Numbered from the stretch's first letter, positions 8,625 through 19,291 are shown. The stretch: DNA of 64,000 nt from Candidatus Omnitrophota bacterium (GCA_029261055.1 JAJDCA010000066.1:157-64156), one strand, 5' to 3'. Notes: generated by a model from the sequence alone, not told the origin. Made by a program: numbers and translations.

Positions 8625-9719
8625 ATGCAAGCAACTCTTCAAAAAACTCCACTCTATGACAATCACACATCACTCGACGCGCGTATCGTGGAGTTTGGTG
8701 GCTGGGCGATGCCGGTGCAGTATGACGGTATTCTGGCGGAATATAAACAGACACGAACACACACGGCATTATTTGATATTTCTCATATGGGAGAATTTAT
8801 TATGGAAGGGGATTGTGTAGAAATCGGTTTAGATCGTCTTGTCACATCAGCCATTGCTGATATGCCGATTAAATCCTGCCGATATGGCGCTATGCTGAAT
8901 GAACAAGGAGGGGTATTGGATGACCTCATTGTTTTTCGTATCGAAAAAGAAAAATGGTTTATCGTGGTCAATGCCTCGACGACAGAAAAGGATGCACAAC
9001 ATATTCAAAAACACCTTAAGCCAGGCACAACCTTCCAAGATGTTTCTTTAAAAACAGGGAAAATTGATATTCAAGGGCCGTTAGCTCGCGAAGTCCTTAG
9101 CCCTTTAGCTCCGGGCATCGAAAAACTAAACTTCTACACATTTGATCATTTTGATTTATTAGGACAACATGTTCTTATCAGCCGCACCGGATACACCGGC
9201 GAACTCGGCTATGAAATTTATTTCCCGTGGGAACACACGCCGGAACTTTGGCAAAAACTTTTAGAACACAAACACGTCAAACCGGCAGGCCTGGGAGCAC
9301 GTGATCTTCTTCGTCTTGAAGTCGGATATAGCCTGTACGGACACGAACTTGATGAAAACACTTCGGTGTTAGAATCCGGGCTTAATCGTTTTATTGATTT
9401 TAAAAAAAATTTTTTCGGTAAGGAATCTCTTTTAAAACAAAAAGAGTCAGGGTTAAAAAGAAAACTGATTGGATTTATAGCTGATTCTCGTCGATCTCCA
9501 CGGCAAGGACATAAAATTTATTCCGAATCTCAAGACGAAATAGGGGAGGTCACCAGCGGTTCCTTTTCACCCCATTTGCAAAAAGGAATCGGTTTGGGTT
9601 TTGTCTTGACTGAAGAAGGCATCCGTGATAAAAAAATTTTCTTTGGCAATGACAAAAATAAAATACCCGCTATAATTACGCCAAAAATATTTTATAAAAA
9701 CGGATCATTAAAAGATTGA
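8625..9719 (+). CDS. gcvT: glycine cleavage system T protein (aminomethyltransferase)
   Basis: KTPLYD.H, FGGWAMPVQY, LFDISHMG, SRTGYTGELGYE, GLGARDLLRLE. Confidence 0.96.
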   Translation: MQATLQKTPLYDNHTSLDARIVEFGGWAMPVQYDGILAEYKQTRTHTALFDISHMGEFIMEGDCVEIGLDRLVTSAIADMPIKSCRYGAMLNEQGGVLDDLIVFRIEKEKWFIVVNASTTEKDAQHIQKHLKPGTTFQDVSLKTGKIDIQGPLAREVLSPLAPGIEKLNFYTFDHFDLLGQHVLISRTGYTGELGYEIYFPWEHTPELWQKLLEHKHVKPAGLGARDLLRLEVGYSLYGHELDENTSVLESGLNRFIDFKKNFFGKESLLKQKESGLKRKLIGFIADSRRSPRQGHKIYSESQDEIGEVTSGSFSPHLQKGIGLGFVLTEEGIRDKKIFFGNDKNKIPAIITPKIFYKNGSLKD

Positions 9720-9734
9720 ACTGGGAGAACGCAC

Positions 9735-10121
9735 ATGGAAATTATTGATCATTATCTTTATACCAAAGAACATGAATGGATTAACATTGAAGAAAATCAA
9801 GGTACCATTGGCATTTCAGAATATGCTCAGAGCTCATTAGGCGACATTACGTTTGTTGAATTACCGGCTGCTGATGACGAATTTGATCAAGCCGCTCAAT
9901 TTGCTTCCGTGGAATCCGTGAAAGCTGCTAGCGATATTTATTCACCAATGTCTGGAAAAATTATTGAAGTTAATGAAGATTTAGTCGAAGAACCAGAACT
10001 CATCAATAAATCAGCTTATGAAAACGGTTGGATTGCAAAAATAAAGCTTGCCGATCTCAGTGAGACCGAAGATCTTATGACGGCGGATGATTACCGTAAA
10101 TTTTTAGAAAGTATCGTCTAG
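9735..10121 (+). CDS. gcvH: glycine cleavage system H protein
   Basis: YTKEHEW, VESVKAASDIYSP with lipoyl Lys. Confidence 0.96.
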   Translation: MEIIDHYLYTKEHEWINIEENQGTIGISEYAQSSLGDITFVELPAADDEFDQAAQFASVESVKAASDIYSPMSGKIIEVNEDLVEEPELINKSAYENGWIAKIKLADLSETEDLMTADDYRKFLESIV

Positions 10122-10122
10122 T

Positions 10123-11463
10123 TTGAATCCCTACATCGCTAACACAAAAAACGACACAAAAGATATGCTGAAGGTCATTGGTGTAAATACCATCGATGAC
10201 CTTTTTGCCGATATACAACCTCACCAAAAGCCTAAGTCTTTTGATCTGCCAAACGGCCTATCTGAGTTTGAAGTCATCGAAAAAATTAAACGTATCGCCG
10301 AAAAAAATACGACCAACCTTATTTCGTTTTTAGGGGGAGGGTATTACGACCATTATGTGCCCGCCGCTGTAACAGCGCTCATTTCTCGAGGAGAATTTTC
10401 CACGGCGTATACGCCGTATCAGCCGGAATGTTCTCAAGGCACACTACAAGCCTTGTACGAATATCAAAGTGCTATTTGTACTTTAACTGAAATGGATGTG
10501 GCCAATGCATCACTCTACGACGGAGGGACAGCCCTTTACGAAGCGATTATGATGGCTATTCGTATTACACGACGAAAAAAAATTGTTATGGACGGCGGCG
10601 TAAGTCCTATCTATCGAAAAATTATCCATAGCTATACAAATAACTTAAATATTGAATTCAAAGAAACCCCTGTTGTGCATGGCCAAAGCGACCGCGATCA
10701 AATCAACAATCTCCTCGACAAAGACACAGCGGCCATTATTTTGCAAAACCCCAATTTCTTTGGTACCATTGATGATCATTCTGACATTATCCAAAAAGCA
10801 CATGAACAAGGTATATTAGTTATTGAAAGTGTTTATCCTGTTTCCCTGGGCATTGTCAAAACACCGGGCGAAATGGGGGTGGACATTGTCACCGGCGAAG
10901 GGCAAAGCCTGGGATTACCGCTTAATTTTGGCGGACCTTATCTTGGATTCATGTCCACGCGTAAAAAATATATCCGGAAAATGCCGGGACGTATTGTCGG
11001 TAAAACAATCGATAGCAGCGGAAAATCATGTTTTGTAAATACCTTGCAGGCACGGGAACAACATATCCGACGAGAAAAAGCGACCTCCAATATTTGCACG
11101 AATGTTTCTCTGTGTGCTGTACAATCTCTCATATATATGTCCTTATTGGGTAAACAAGGATTTGTTAATTTATCTCAACTCAATTTAGATAAAGCTGAAT
11201 TTATGCGCAAAACACTGGAAACGATAGAAGGGGTCGAGGTTAAACGCAGCTCCCCAACATTTAATGAATTCACCGTACGCCTTGCCAAAGAAGCGTCTGT
11301 CGTTATTAACGCTATGATTGAAAAAGGATTTGCCGCGGGCTTCCCGTTAGGACGCTATTATAAAGGAATGGAAAACTATATGATCGTGGCGGTGACCGAA
11401 AAACGAACCAAAGAAGAAATATTAAAATATGCGGAATGCTTGAAGGAAATTTTATCCCAATGA
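10123..11463 (+). CDS. gcvPA: glycine dehydrogenase subunit 1
   Basis: TAYTPYQPE.SQG.LQ, REQHIRREKATSNIC; TTG start. Confidence 0.95.
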   Translation: MNPYIANTKNDTKDMLKVIGVNTIDDLFADIQPHQKPKSFDLPNGLSEFEVIEKIKRIAEKNTTNLISFLGGGYYDHYVPAAVTALISRGEFSTAYTPYQPECSQGTLQALYEYQSAICTLTEMDVANASLYDGGTALYEAIMMAIRITRRKKIVMDGGVSPIYRKIIHSYTNNLNIEFKETPVVHGQSDRDQINNLLDKDTAAIILQNPNFFGTIDDHSDIIQKAHEQGILVIESVYPVSLGIVKTPGEMGVDIVTGEGQSLGLPLNFGGPYLGFMSTRKKYIRKMPGRIVGKTIDSSGKSCFVNTLQAREQHIRREKATSNICTNVSLCAVQSLIYMSLLGKQGFVNLSQLNLDKAEFMRKTLETIEGVEVKRSSPTFNEFTVRLAKEASVVINAMIEKGFAAGFPLGRYYKGMENYMIVAVTEKRTKEEILKYAECLKEILSQ

Positions 11464-12911
11464 AACTCATATTTGAAAAAAGTGTAGAAGGTCGGCAAGG
11501 TTTTGGAATCCCTCAATCAGATGTCGGCCCGCAAGAGGGCATCCCCGAAAAATATAAAAGGGAAAAGCCTGCTTGCTTTCCTGAAGCTTCTGAACTTGAT
11601 ATTGTCCGTCATTTTACCGACTTAGCCCATAAAAATTTTTCCATTGATACGCATTTTTATCCTTTGGGGTCGTGTACAATGAAATACAATCCTAAATTTG
11701 CCGATGTTGTTACACAAATTCCAGGATTTGCTAATTTACATCCTCTTTTACCGCAATTAACCAAAGGAGAAACACTATCCCAAGGGGCCATTGAAGTACT
11801 TTATGAAACAGAACAATGGCTGTGTGAAATGACAGGAATGGATCATTTTACCATGCAACCTTTAGCCGGCGCGCATGGAGAATTGACCGGTGTTATGATG
11901 ATGGCAGCCTATCATAAAGCCAAAGGCAATCAAAAAACCCATATTATTGTTCCGGATTCTTCCCATGGAACCAATCCGGCCACAGCCGCCATTGCCGGAT
12001 ATAATATCGTAGCAGTCCCATCCGATGAAAACGGGGTTATGAATATGGAAGAATTAGCCAAGCGTATTACCGATGAAACAGCCGGTCTTATGTTAACGTG
12101 TCCCAATACACACGGTATCTTTAATTCTAATATTGATAAAATCGCCAAAATGATTCACGCCGTCGATGGCATTATGTATTATGATGGCGCCAATCTCAAT
12201 GCTATTTTAGGACGCTGCCGTCCAGGAGATATTGGCTTTGATGTCATTCATATTAATGTGCATAAAACATTTGCCACACCGCACGGAGGGGGTGGTCCTG
12301 GAGCAGGTCCTGTGGGCGTGACAAAAAAATTGGAGCCTTATTTACCCATTTCCCGCGTTGTCAAACATGAAAATGGCCAATTTGGACTCGATTACGATTA
12401 TCCACATTCCATAGGTTATGTGGCCCCTTTTTATGGTAATTTTGGAATTATTTTGCGCGCCTATGCGTATATGCTGATGTTAGGCCAAGAGGGCCTTAAA
12501 CAAACAAGTAATCATGCCGTTTTGAATGCCAATTATATTAAGGAACGTTTAAAAGAACATTATGCTTTGGCGTATGACCATATATGCATGCATGAATCCG
12601 TTTTTTCTGCATCCCTACAAGCTCAAAGAGGTGTACACGCGATCGACATTGCCAAATTTTTAATTGATAAAAACATCCATCCTCCAACCATTTATTTTCC
12701 CTTAACTGTTAAAGAGGCCATTATGATTGAACCAACAGAAACAGAGTCCAAAGAAACGCTGGATGAATTTATTGAAACCATGATTGAAGCTGATTCTTTA
12801 AGTAAAACTGATCCCGATAGCTTTCACAACTGCCCACAATCCACTCCGATTAACCGCCCTGATGAAGTCAAAGCTGCCAAAGAGATGAATACGAATTATT
12901 TTGCATCATGA
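11460..12911 (+). CDS. gcvPB: glycine dehydrogenase subunit 2
   Basis: YPLGSCTMKYNP, HKTFATPHGGGGPG; start placed at the ATGA overlap (MKLIFEKS) rather than 11436. Confidence 0.95.
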   Translation: MKLIFEKSVEGRQGFGIPQSDVGPQEGIPEKYKREKPACFPEASELDIVRHFTDLAHKNFSIDTHFYPLGSCTMKYNPKFADVVTQIPGFANLHPLLPQLTKGETLSQGAIEVLYETEQWLCEMTGMDHFTMQPLAGAHGELTGVMMMAAYHKAKGNQKTHIIVPDSSHGTNPATAAIAGYNIVAVPSDENGVMNMEELAKRITDETAGLMLTCPNTHGIFNSNIDKIAKMIHAVDGIMYYDGANLNAILGRCRPGDIGFDVIHINVHKTFATPHGGGGPGAGPVGVTKKLEPYLPISRVVKHENGQFGLDYDYPHSIGYVAPFYGNFGIILRAYAYMLMLGQEGLKQTSNHAVLNANYIKERLKEHYALAYDHICMHESVFSASLQAQRGVHAIDIAKFLIDKNIHPPTIYFPLTVKEAIMIEPTETESKETLDEFIETMIEADSLSKTDPDSFHNCPQSTPINRPDEVKAAKEMNTNYFAS

Positions 12912-13615
12912 TTCTCAAAGACATTTCATTTTCAACTCCTCACGAAAATATCGCCTATGATGATACCCTTTTGAAATTGGCTGAAGAAGGGCAAGAGGGA
13001 GAGGTTCTACGATTTTGGGAATCGCCCGAAATGTTCGTTGTCCTGGGACGTATTTCCAAAGAAGAAGAGGATGTCGATAAAGAAGCCGTTACACGCGATA
13101 ATATCCCCATTTTACGCCGCTCTTCAGGAGGAGGCACTGTTTTACAAGGCCCCGGATGCCTCAATTATACGTTAATCTTATCCAAAAAATGCCGCCCAGA
13201 AGTGGCTGATTTAAAAAAATCGTATCAATATATTCTTAATAAAATCATCGCCGCCTTAGAAACCCTGGGTGTAGAGGCCTTTTTTCACCCCATATCAGAC
13301 ATAACCGTAAACAGACCCCGGGGGTCTGTTTCAACGGTTCAAACCAAAACAGACCCCCGGGGTCTGTTTACGGTTCCATTAAAAATATCAGGAAACGCCC
13401 AAAAAAGAGGACGAAACTATATTTTGCATCATGGAACCATTCTGTATGACTTTAACCTTAAAAATATCGAAAAATATCTTAAAATACCTAAAAGCATACC
13501 CGAATATCGGGAAAAACGTCCTCATCTGGACTTTGTAACGAATATCGCACTTTCAGTCACAAGTCTTAAACAAGAGGTTCAAAAACAATTTGATCAATCT
13601 GATGAAAAAAATTGA
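12908..13615 (+). CDS. lplA: lipoate-protein ligase family protein with an in-frame palindromic insertion
   Basis: LRRSSGGGTVL.GPG.LNY, KISGNAQ, HHGTILY; in gcv operon. Confidence 0.88.
   Translation: MILKDISFSTPHENIAYDDTLLKLAEEGQEGEVLRFWESPEMFVVLGRISKEEEDVDKEAVTRDNIPILRRSSGGGTVLQGPGCLNYTLILSKKCRPEVADLKKSYQYILNKIIAALETLGVEAFFHPISDITVNRPRGSVSTVQTKTDPRGLFTVPLKISGNAQKRGRNYILHHGTILYDFNLKNIEKYLKIPKSIPEYREKRPHLDFVTNIALSVTSLKQEVQKQFDQSDEKN
13303..13375. repeat. 73-bp palindromic element (REP doublet-like) inside the lipoate ligase CDS
   Basis: Perfect 29-bp inverted repeat AACCGTAAACAGACCCCGGGGGTCTGTTT (13303-13331 / 13347-13375) with a 15-nt spacer; each arm is itself near-palindromic. Confidence 0.9.
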
Positions 13616-13989
13616 TTTAGAAATGAAAATATTTATCAATATTTTCTCTAAAAACAAACAAAACCTGCCCCAATCTGAGAAATTATGAAGTCTCTCTGAT
13701 TCCGATTCAAGAATACCCATTACAAATTTTTCTGACAATTTCTAAATCCCCCCCTCTTTGCGCAGAATTAGAAAAAAATTTCAAATAATTTTTTATTATA
13801 CGCATAACCATATGTTATTACTATAGTTAAAATTTATAAAGAATATTTCCTCGGTGGCAATTTACCCCTTCAATATGTTATATTTATTATACGTTGAAGA
13901 AAAGACTTTCTTCCTTTCTAAATATAGCAAAAAATCAAAAAAATCGCCTACGCTGATAACCAAAATTACAGTACAGGAGAAAATAAGCC

Positions 13990-16900
13990 ATGCATATTTA
14001 CACAACAAAAAAACGATCAAATTTAATGTATCGAATCCTCTCAGCATTTATTGCAATAGTATTTTTAAGCACCACTATTGTGCCGCGAGGGTATACCCAA
14101 ACAGTGGTTTTACCAACAGCCACTATACTTAATTTACCTGTGCCGGGTACGATGGTAGGCATAACCGAAGGTTTTACACCTGCGATTATCAAAGGAATGA
14201 CGATTCATCCGGATAATCCTTTGGAATTTGATTTTATTGTGGGCCGCGGTGATAAAAATTTACAAGGAGATGATTTAAAAAAAGAAGGCATCAAAATAAT
14301 CAAATATTTTCTGGCTGCACTGACAACTCCTAAAGAGGACATGTGGGTAAACCTTTCCCCGTATGAAAAGAATCGTATTATTGCCGAAGGATTCGGACAA
14401 ACTGAAATGGGAGGAGATCTTTTATCTCAAGACTATCTTTTAAAACAGCTGACATCGTCATTAATGTATCCGGAAGATGAATTAGGCGGTGATTTTTGGG
14501 AAAAAGTGCATAAAAAAGCCTATGAACAGTTCGGAACAACCGATATTCCCATGAATACTTTTAATAAAATCTGGATTGTTCCAGAAAATGCCATGGTATA
14601 TGAGCATGAATCAAGCGCATTCGTAGTAGGCCGGCATTTAAAAGTGATGTTGGAGCAGGATTTTGTAGCTATGGATCATCAAAATTCTGGCATGCAAGGC
14701 ATAAAATTTGAGGTTACGACTGACAATATTGAACGAAAAAGCACGATAACTACGGAATTAATTCGTGAAATCCTTATCCCTGAGATTGAACGCGAGGTCA
14801 ATGAAGGTGAAAACTTTGCCAATTTACGTCAAATTTATAATTCTATGATTTTGGCTACATGGTATAAGCAAAACTTGAAAGAAAGTTTATTAGGACAAGT
14901 ATATATTGATAAAAATAAAATATTAGGCGTCGATGTGGAAGATAAAGATATCAAACATAAAATTTACAATCAATATATCCAGGCATTCAAAAAGGGCGTT
15001 TATAACTATATTAAGGAGGATTATGATTCTGTAACACATCAGGTCATTCCACGAAAATATTTTTCCGGAGGAACTTTATGGGTAAACGAAATTTCAGAAG
15101 TGGATAATTTAGAGGGCATTAACCTTAAACCTAAAATGATTCCTAATAAAACAGATGCTTCAATATTAACAAGTATTGTAGATGCAGGAGATGGTGCGGA
15201 TACGATTTATATTGAAGAAGTGATGAATCAATATGATGGCTCAATGTTAACCGTTCAGAGTGAGCTGGTTAGATTGAGAAATGATTTACCTTTAAATTTT
15301 TCTGGTAATTCGGATGAAATCATGGAAATTAAGAACTGGCCAAAGGTGGAACAGACAGTGAAAAACATCTCTGATGCTACCAAACAACTAATTCTTTTAT
15401 CAACAGTAAAAAATAACCTTTTTCGAGAATCAGTTCAAAAAGAAGTAGGTTTTATTTATGCCATTGCTTATTTCAGACAGCTTCTTCCGAATGATAAAAA
15501 GAAAGTTATAGAGGATTTTAATACATTGGGCCATAAGAATACTGCTGCGTGGTTAATGGAGAATAACAATTTGCATCTTGATGAATTAAAAGCCAAAATT
15601 CAGGACAAATTTGAAATTAATCTTAATCAAGAAACGGTAGAGTATATCAAAATGCATGATGAAACGGTGCGTCGATCAAGGGGGTTACGCTTAGCGGCAG
15701 ATTCTTTGAAAATATCTACCAGTGATCTTGATGTGATTTTCAAAAATCAAAGTTTGCTTGATGTTATTTTGGGATTACGCAAAGGAGCTGTTGTTGAAAT
15801 CCGACAACCTTTAAACAATTTAGAAAAAGTGCTACGACGGCTAAGATTGGCTGAAGGAGAGGCTATTCAATTTGTTCATCTTGGAAAAAATCAATATTAC
15901 GTCTATGAAGAACATCAGCTGAAACGGTTGGCGCAGGACAATGATTTAAATTATGGATTACACAGGAGTGGACTAAACCATTTGATCCAATTGGATATGG
16001 CAAAAAAACAAGGTATATTTTTTGAAGAAGCAAATAAAACAATTAATACAGATGCCCAAAAGAATATACATAGAATAAGCAGTTCCATCACTCTTTCAGA
16101 TACAAATAGAACTATGTATTTTGACGAAAAAGAAAAATTTTGGCGTGCTGATAAAACAGCCTCCCAGATTTTTGAAATTGAAAGAGTGGGAGCAGAACGA
16201 TCATATATTGCAACTATTCAAAGGGCAAAAGGATTTAAAAATGTTTTAGAATCCCAACTTGAAAATTTTTTAATATTTAATGTACAAACCCCAATCACCG
16301 TTATTGATGATTCTAACGAAACTGAACTTGAAATTAATATAAAGACAGTTAAAGAGTTTCAAAAAAAATATCAAATAGAAATTAAACATATAACAAAAAA
16401 AGAATGGGATGAAGAGTATGGATATTATGCAAAATATTTAAAGAAAACTTGGGAACAACAGCTAAATCAAGAAGTTTTACCTAACACTATTAAAGAATTT
16501 CTTTTAGAGACTGAAATTTTGCAAAAAAATATAATTAATGATGAAAAAATAGTCGAAGTCCTGCGTAGTCCAGAATTTTATCATACGTCCGGATTTCGAA
16601 ACAGACAATTTCTGATGGCTGTAGGGGAACCGATTATCCATGGATGGGATGACGATGCCCCTGCACATGTTTACGCGGTGACCGATAAAAAACGCGATCA
16701 ACTTCGCGAAGATGCCTTAAATGACAAAAAACCAATTATGCAGAACATGTTTCAAAAAGTTGGAAAAATGATTAACACAACCATTAAAAGTGAAAAAGCG
16801 TTCTATAAAGAACTCGCTAAGAACGATAATTATGACAACCCTAAAATCAAAGAGATTCTTGACAACTATTTTGGTTATGACCCCCAAGATGATCATAAAG

Positions 16901-18765
16901 GCTTAATTCCTCAAGCAGCAGAAGAAATAATTACATTGGAAAACAAAATGGATGGCATTAATCCTTATTCTGTCCAGAGGTATTCTCCTTTTATGCGAAA
17001 ATTCATTCCAAAACAAGCTCTTAGGATGGGAGACAATTATTCCCATAAACCTAGGATAAGTGATGATAAAGAAAATACATGTTGTATCATTATGCCGGCT
17101 AATCACCTGGGGCATTCCAGACGTGTTGGGCAAAGAATAGGGGATACTAATTTCTTCCTTGGGCAGGTTCCTTATAGGGGATTACTTAATACGCCTACAA
17201 ATAAAAATGAATCAAATGATTTAAAAGATCGCACTACCCATTTTCTGGGGCATGATTTTAATAATGACATCGATACGCAGGCCGGCAAACATTTGGAAGC
17301 TTATATTAATTCAGATGATCATCATATGAAACACATACAGCATACACATCAATCTGTTCTTTTGGTTGAGGGAGCTTTTGGTTTTGCTTCACTTCTTGGG
17401 TATCCTGTTTTTAATCGTAATTCAATGTTTGTGGGCGATTTTCCTCTGCCATCTTTGGGTGGACCGCTGCGTATTGAAGAACCCAAGATGTATCGATGGG
17501 TCGTCGGCCCATTGTTACTTAACACGGTAGCAGCTGCTAATGATAATATTGCAGGCGGACAAAAGCGTCATTTAGAAAATCGATTATATCGCAATTCTTA
17601 CCAAGACCTTACCGAAGTTGTGGGAGGGAACATTGCGGGTGATTTTTACGAAGCGGCCAAAGAGAAATATTACAAAATACTTCCAGAGAAATACAAAAAA
17701 GATTTATGGGGAGATTTATATAATCGACTTATCGTTTTAGCGAATGTTTTTCTTGAAGCTGGGACTGAAGTTAATTTAACAACCAAGCATAAAGAAAAGG
17801 CCTTAGAAGAACGTCAATTGAGAGCCCAATCCATTTCACGATTAGCATTAAAACGAAGCAAGAAAGTTATTAAATTAGAGAAAAATCCAGATGAAAATTT
17901 AAAACAGGAGATAAAAGATATTGATTTAATGATTCTCGACTATGCCGATCATTTTGGTTATTACGCTCCACAAAATACTAAAAATAAAAATTATAATCCG
18001 ATAAATCCTGAAGAAGATTATTTTTATAAAATCAAGGTTGATGGAAATTATTTAAAATGGCAAGCGGTATATCCTGATATGGAAGTCGCTGATCAGAATG
18101 GAGTTTCTTCAGTCAAGAGCAGTGAATGGAAAAATTTGCAAAAAAAATCAGGTGAAACCCGACTAAGTAATTGGGTAAAAGGAGAAACTATTTCTTTAGA
18201 AAATGGCCGGTCCATTCTTTTAGACGAACTGCCAGATAACGATATTGAAATAATTGTACCGGGCTTACGCTCCGACCTTGAAAAAGAATATTTAAAAGAA
18301 GTTCAACAAATTATTATAAAACAGCTTAAAGCCGATGGTAATCAAATGATTATCTGGCCAGATATGGTTGCAGCCGCTAAGCAAAGAAAAAAAGATTCCG
18401 CCATGGCAACAAAAAATGTAAAAAATAACCTTACTTTTAATACAAAACAGACTATAAATGAAGTCGGTGGTATCGATCTTAATCCTGATTTATTAAATTT
18501 ACAAATCAAACGTGATGGAAATGGCGTGCCGTTACCAGTAGCGATGCAGCCTATTGAAAATATGCATATTGAAGGGTTTTTCCCTATTATTATCAATATT
18601 ACACCTGTCAATCTTCCACTTCTTGGTTTTGGAGACACTCTTCCGAAAGAAAACTATCCCAAACCATCACCTGAACTCAGCTTTTGGGAAGAACAAGAGA
18701 GAAAAGCTTTTCTGAGAAGTAAATTAGGTGATAGAAATACACAACTAATACAAGAAAACACCTAA
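13990..18765 (+). CDS. large secreted modular protein 1 (conserved N domain, cargo with GT-A-like domain, GGIDL C domain)
   Basis: 1591-aa ORF with SD CAGGAG and a signal-like hydrophobic stretch; N-terminal ~360 aa clearly paralogous to 53880-57287. Confidence 0.85.
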   Translation: MHIYTTKKRSNLMYRILSAFIAIVFLSTTIVPRGYTQTVVLPTATILNLPVPGTMVGITEGFTPAIIKGMTIHPDNPLEFDFIVGRGDKNLQGDDLKKEGIKIIKYFLAALTTPKEDMWVNLSPYEKNRIIAEGFGQTEMGGDLLSQDYLLKQLTSSLMYPEDELGGDFWEKVHKKAYEQFGTTDIPMNTFNKIWIVPENAMVYEHESSAFVVGRHLKVMLEQDFVAMDHQNSGMQGIKFEVTTDNIERKSTITTELIREILIPEIEREVNEGENFANLRQIYNSMILATWYKQNLKESLLGQVYIDKNKILGVDVEDKDIKHKIYNQYIQAFKKGVYNYIKEDYDSVTHQVIPRKYFSGGTLWVNEISEVDNLEGINLKPKMIPNKTDASILTSIVDAGDGADTIYIEEVMNQYDGSMLTVQSELVRLRNDLPLNFSGNSDEIMEIKNWPKVEQTVKNISDATKQLILLSTVKNNLFRESVQKEVGFIYAIAYFRQLLPNDKKKVIEDFNTLGHKNTAAWLMENNNLHLDELKAKIQDKFEINLNQETVEYIKMHDETVRRSRGLRLAADSLKISTSDLDVIFKNQSLLDVILGLRKGAVVEIRQPLNNLEKVLRRLRLAEGEAIQFVHLGKNQYYVYEEHQLKRLAQDNDLNYGLHRSGLNHLIQLDMAKKQGIFFEEANKTINTDAQKNIHRISSSITLSDTNRTMYFDEKEKFWRADKTASQIFEIERVGAERSYIATIQRAKGFKNVLESQLENFLIFNVQTPITVIDDSNETELEINIKTVKEFQKKYQIEIKHITKKEWDEEYGYYAKYLKKTWEQQLNQEVLPNTIKEFLLETEILQKNIINDEKIVEVLRSPEFYHTSGFRNRQFLMAVGEPIIHGWDDDAPAHVYAVTDKKRDQLREDALNDKKPIMQNMFQKVGKMINTTIKSEKAFYKELAKNDNYDNPKIKEILDNYFGYDPQDDHKGLIPQAAEEIITLENKMDGINPYSVQRYSPFMRKFIPKQALRMGDNYSHKPRISDDKENTCCIIMPANHLGHSRRVGQRIGDTNFFLGQVPYRGLLNTPTNKNESNDLKDRTTHFLGHDFNNDIDTQAGKHLEAYINSDDHHMKHIQHTHQSVLLVEGAFGFASLLGYPVFNRNSMFVGDFPLPSLGGPLRIEEPKMYRWVVGPLLLNTVAAANDNIAGGQKRHLENRLYRNSYQDLTEVVGGNIAGDFYEAAKEKYYKILPEKYKKDLWGDLYNRLIVLANVFLEAGTEVNLTTKHKEKALEERQLRAQSISRLALKRSKKVIKLEKNPDENLKQEIKDIDLMILDYADHFGYYAPQNTKNKNYNPINPEEDYFYKIKVDGNYLKWQAVYPDMEVADQNGVSSVKSSEWKNLQKKSGETRLSNWVKGETISLENGRSILLDELPDNDIEIIVPGLRSDLEKEYLKEVQQIIIKQLKADGNQMIIWPDMVAAAKQRKKDSAMATKNVKNNLTFNTKQTINEVGGIDLNPDLLNLQIKRDGNGVPLPVAMQPIENMHIEGFFPIIINITPVNLPLLGFGDTLPKENYPKPSPELSFWEEQERKAFLRSKLGDRNTQLIQENT

Positions 18766-18775
18766 TAAAAAAACA

Positions 18776-18803
18776 TTGACATTTTCTAAAAAAGTGATAT
18801 ATT
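18776..18803 (+). promoter_or_regulatory. sigma70 promoter of rplM-rpsI
   Basis: TTGACA-16 bp-TATATT with extended -10 TG. Confidence 0.65.
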
Positions 18804-18833
18804 TACGGTTCATCTTTTACGAGGAGAGTTTAA

Positions 18834-19268
18834 ATGATACAAAAAACATACATGGCCAAGGCATCTGAAATAGAACGTAAGTGTTATATTATTGATGCCA
18901 AAGATAAAATTTTAGGACGTATTGCTGCCAAGGCGGCTACTATTTTGCGTGGTAAACATAAAGCCATTTATACACCACATGTGGATACAGGTGACATGGT
19001 TGTGATTATTAATGCGGAGAAAGTCAAAGTTACAGGTAAAAAGTTGGAACAAAAAGAATATCAACGCTACTCTGGTTATCCTTCAGGACAAAAATCTGTC
19101 AAGCTGAGTGTTATGTTAGAAAAAGCCCCGACACGAGTACTACGTCTTGCTATAAACCGTATGATTCCAAGCGGTCCATTAGGAAATCAAGTCAAAACAA
19201 AATTAAAAATTTATGCTGGGGACCAACATCCTCATCAAGCACAAAAACCGATTGCTTTAGCGGTTTAA
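18834..19268 (+). CDS. rplM: 50S ribosomal protein L13
   Basis: IDAKDKILGR.A....LRGKHK..YTPHVDTGD.V..INAEK. Confidence 0.98.
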   Translation: MIQKTYMAKASEIERKCYIIDAKDKILGRIAAKAATILRGKHKAIYTPHVDTGDMVVIINAEKVKVTGKKLEQKEYQRYSGYPSGQKSVKLSVMLEKAPTRVLRLAINRMIPSGPLGNQVKTKLKIYAGDQHPHQAQKPIALAV

Positions 19269-19291
19269 TCTAATTTAAGGAGTTTGATCAC

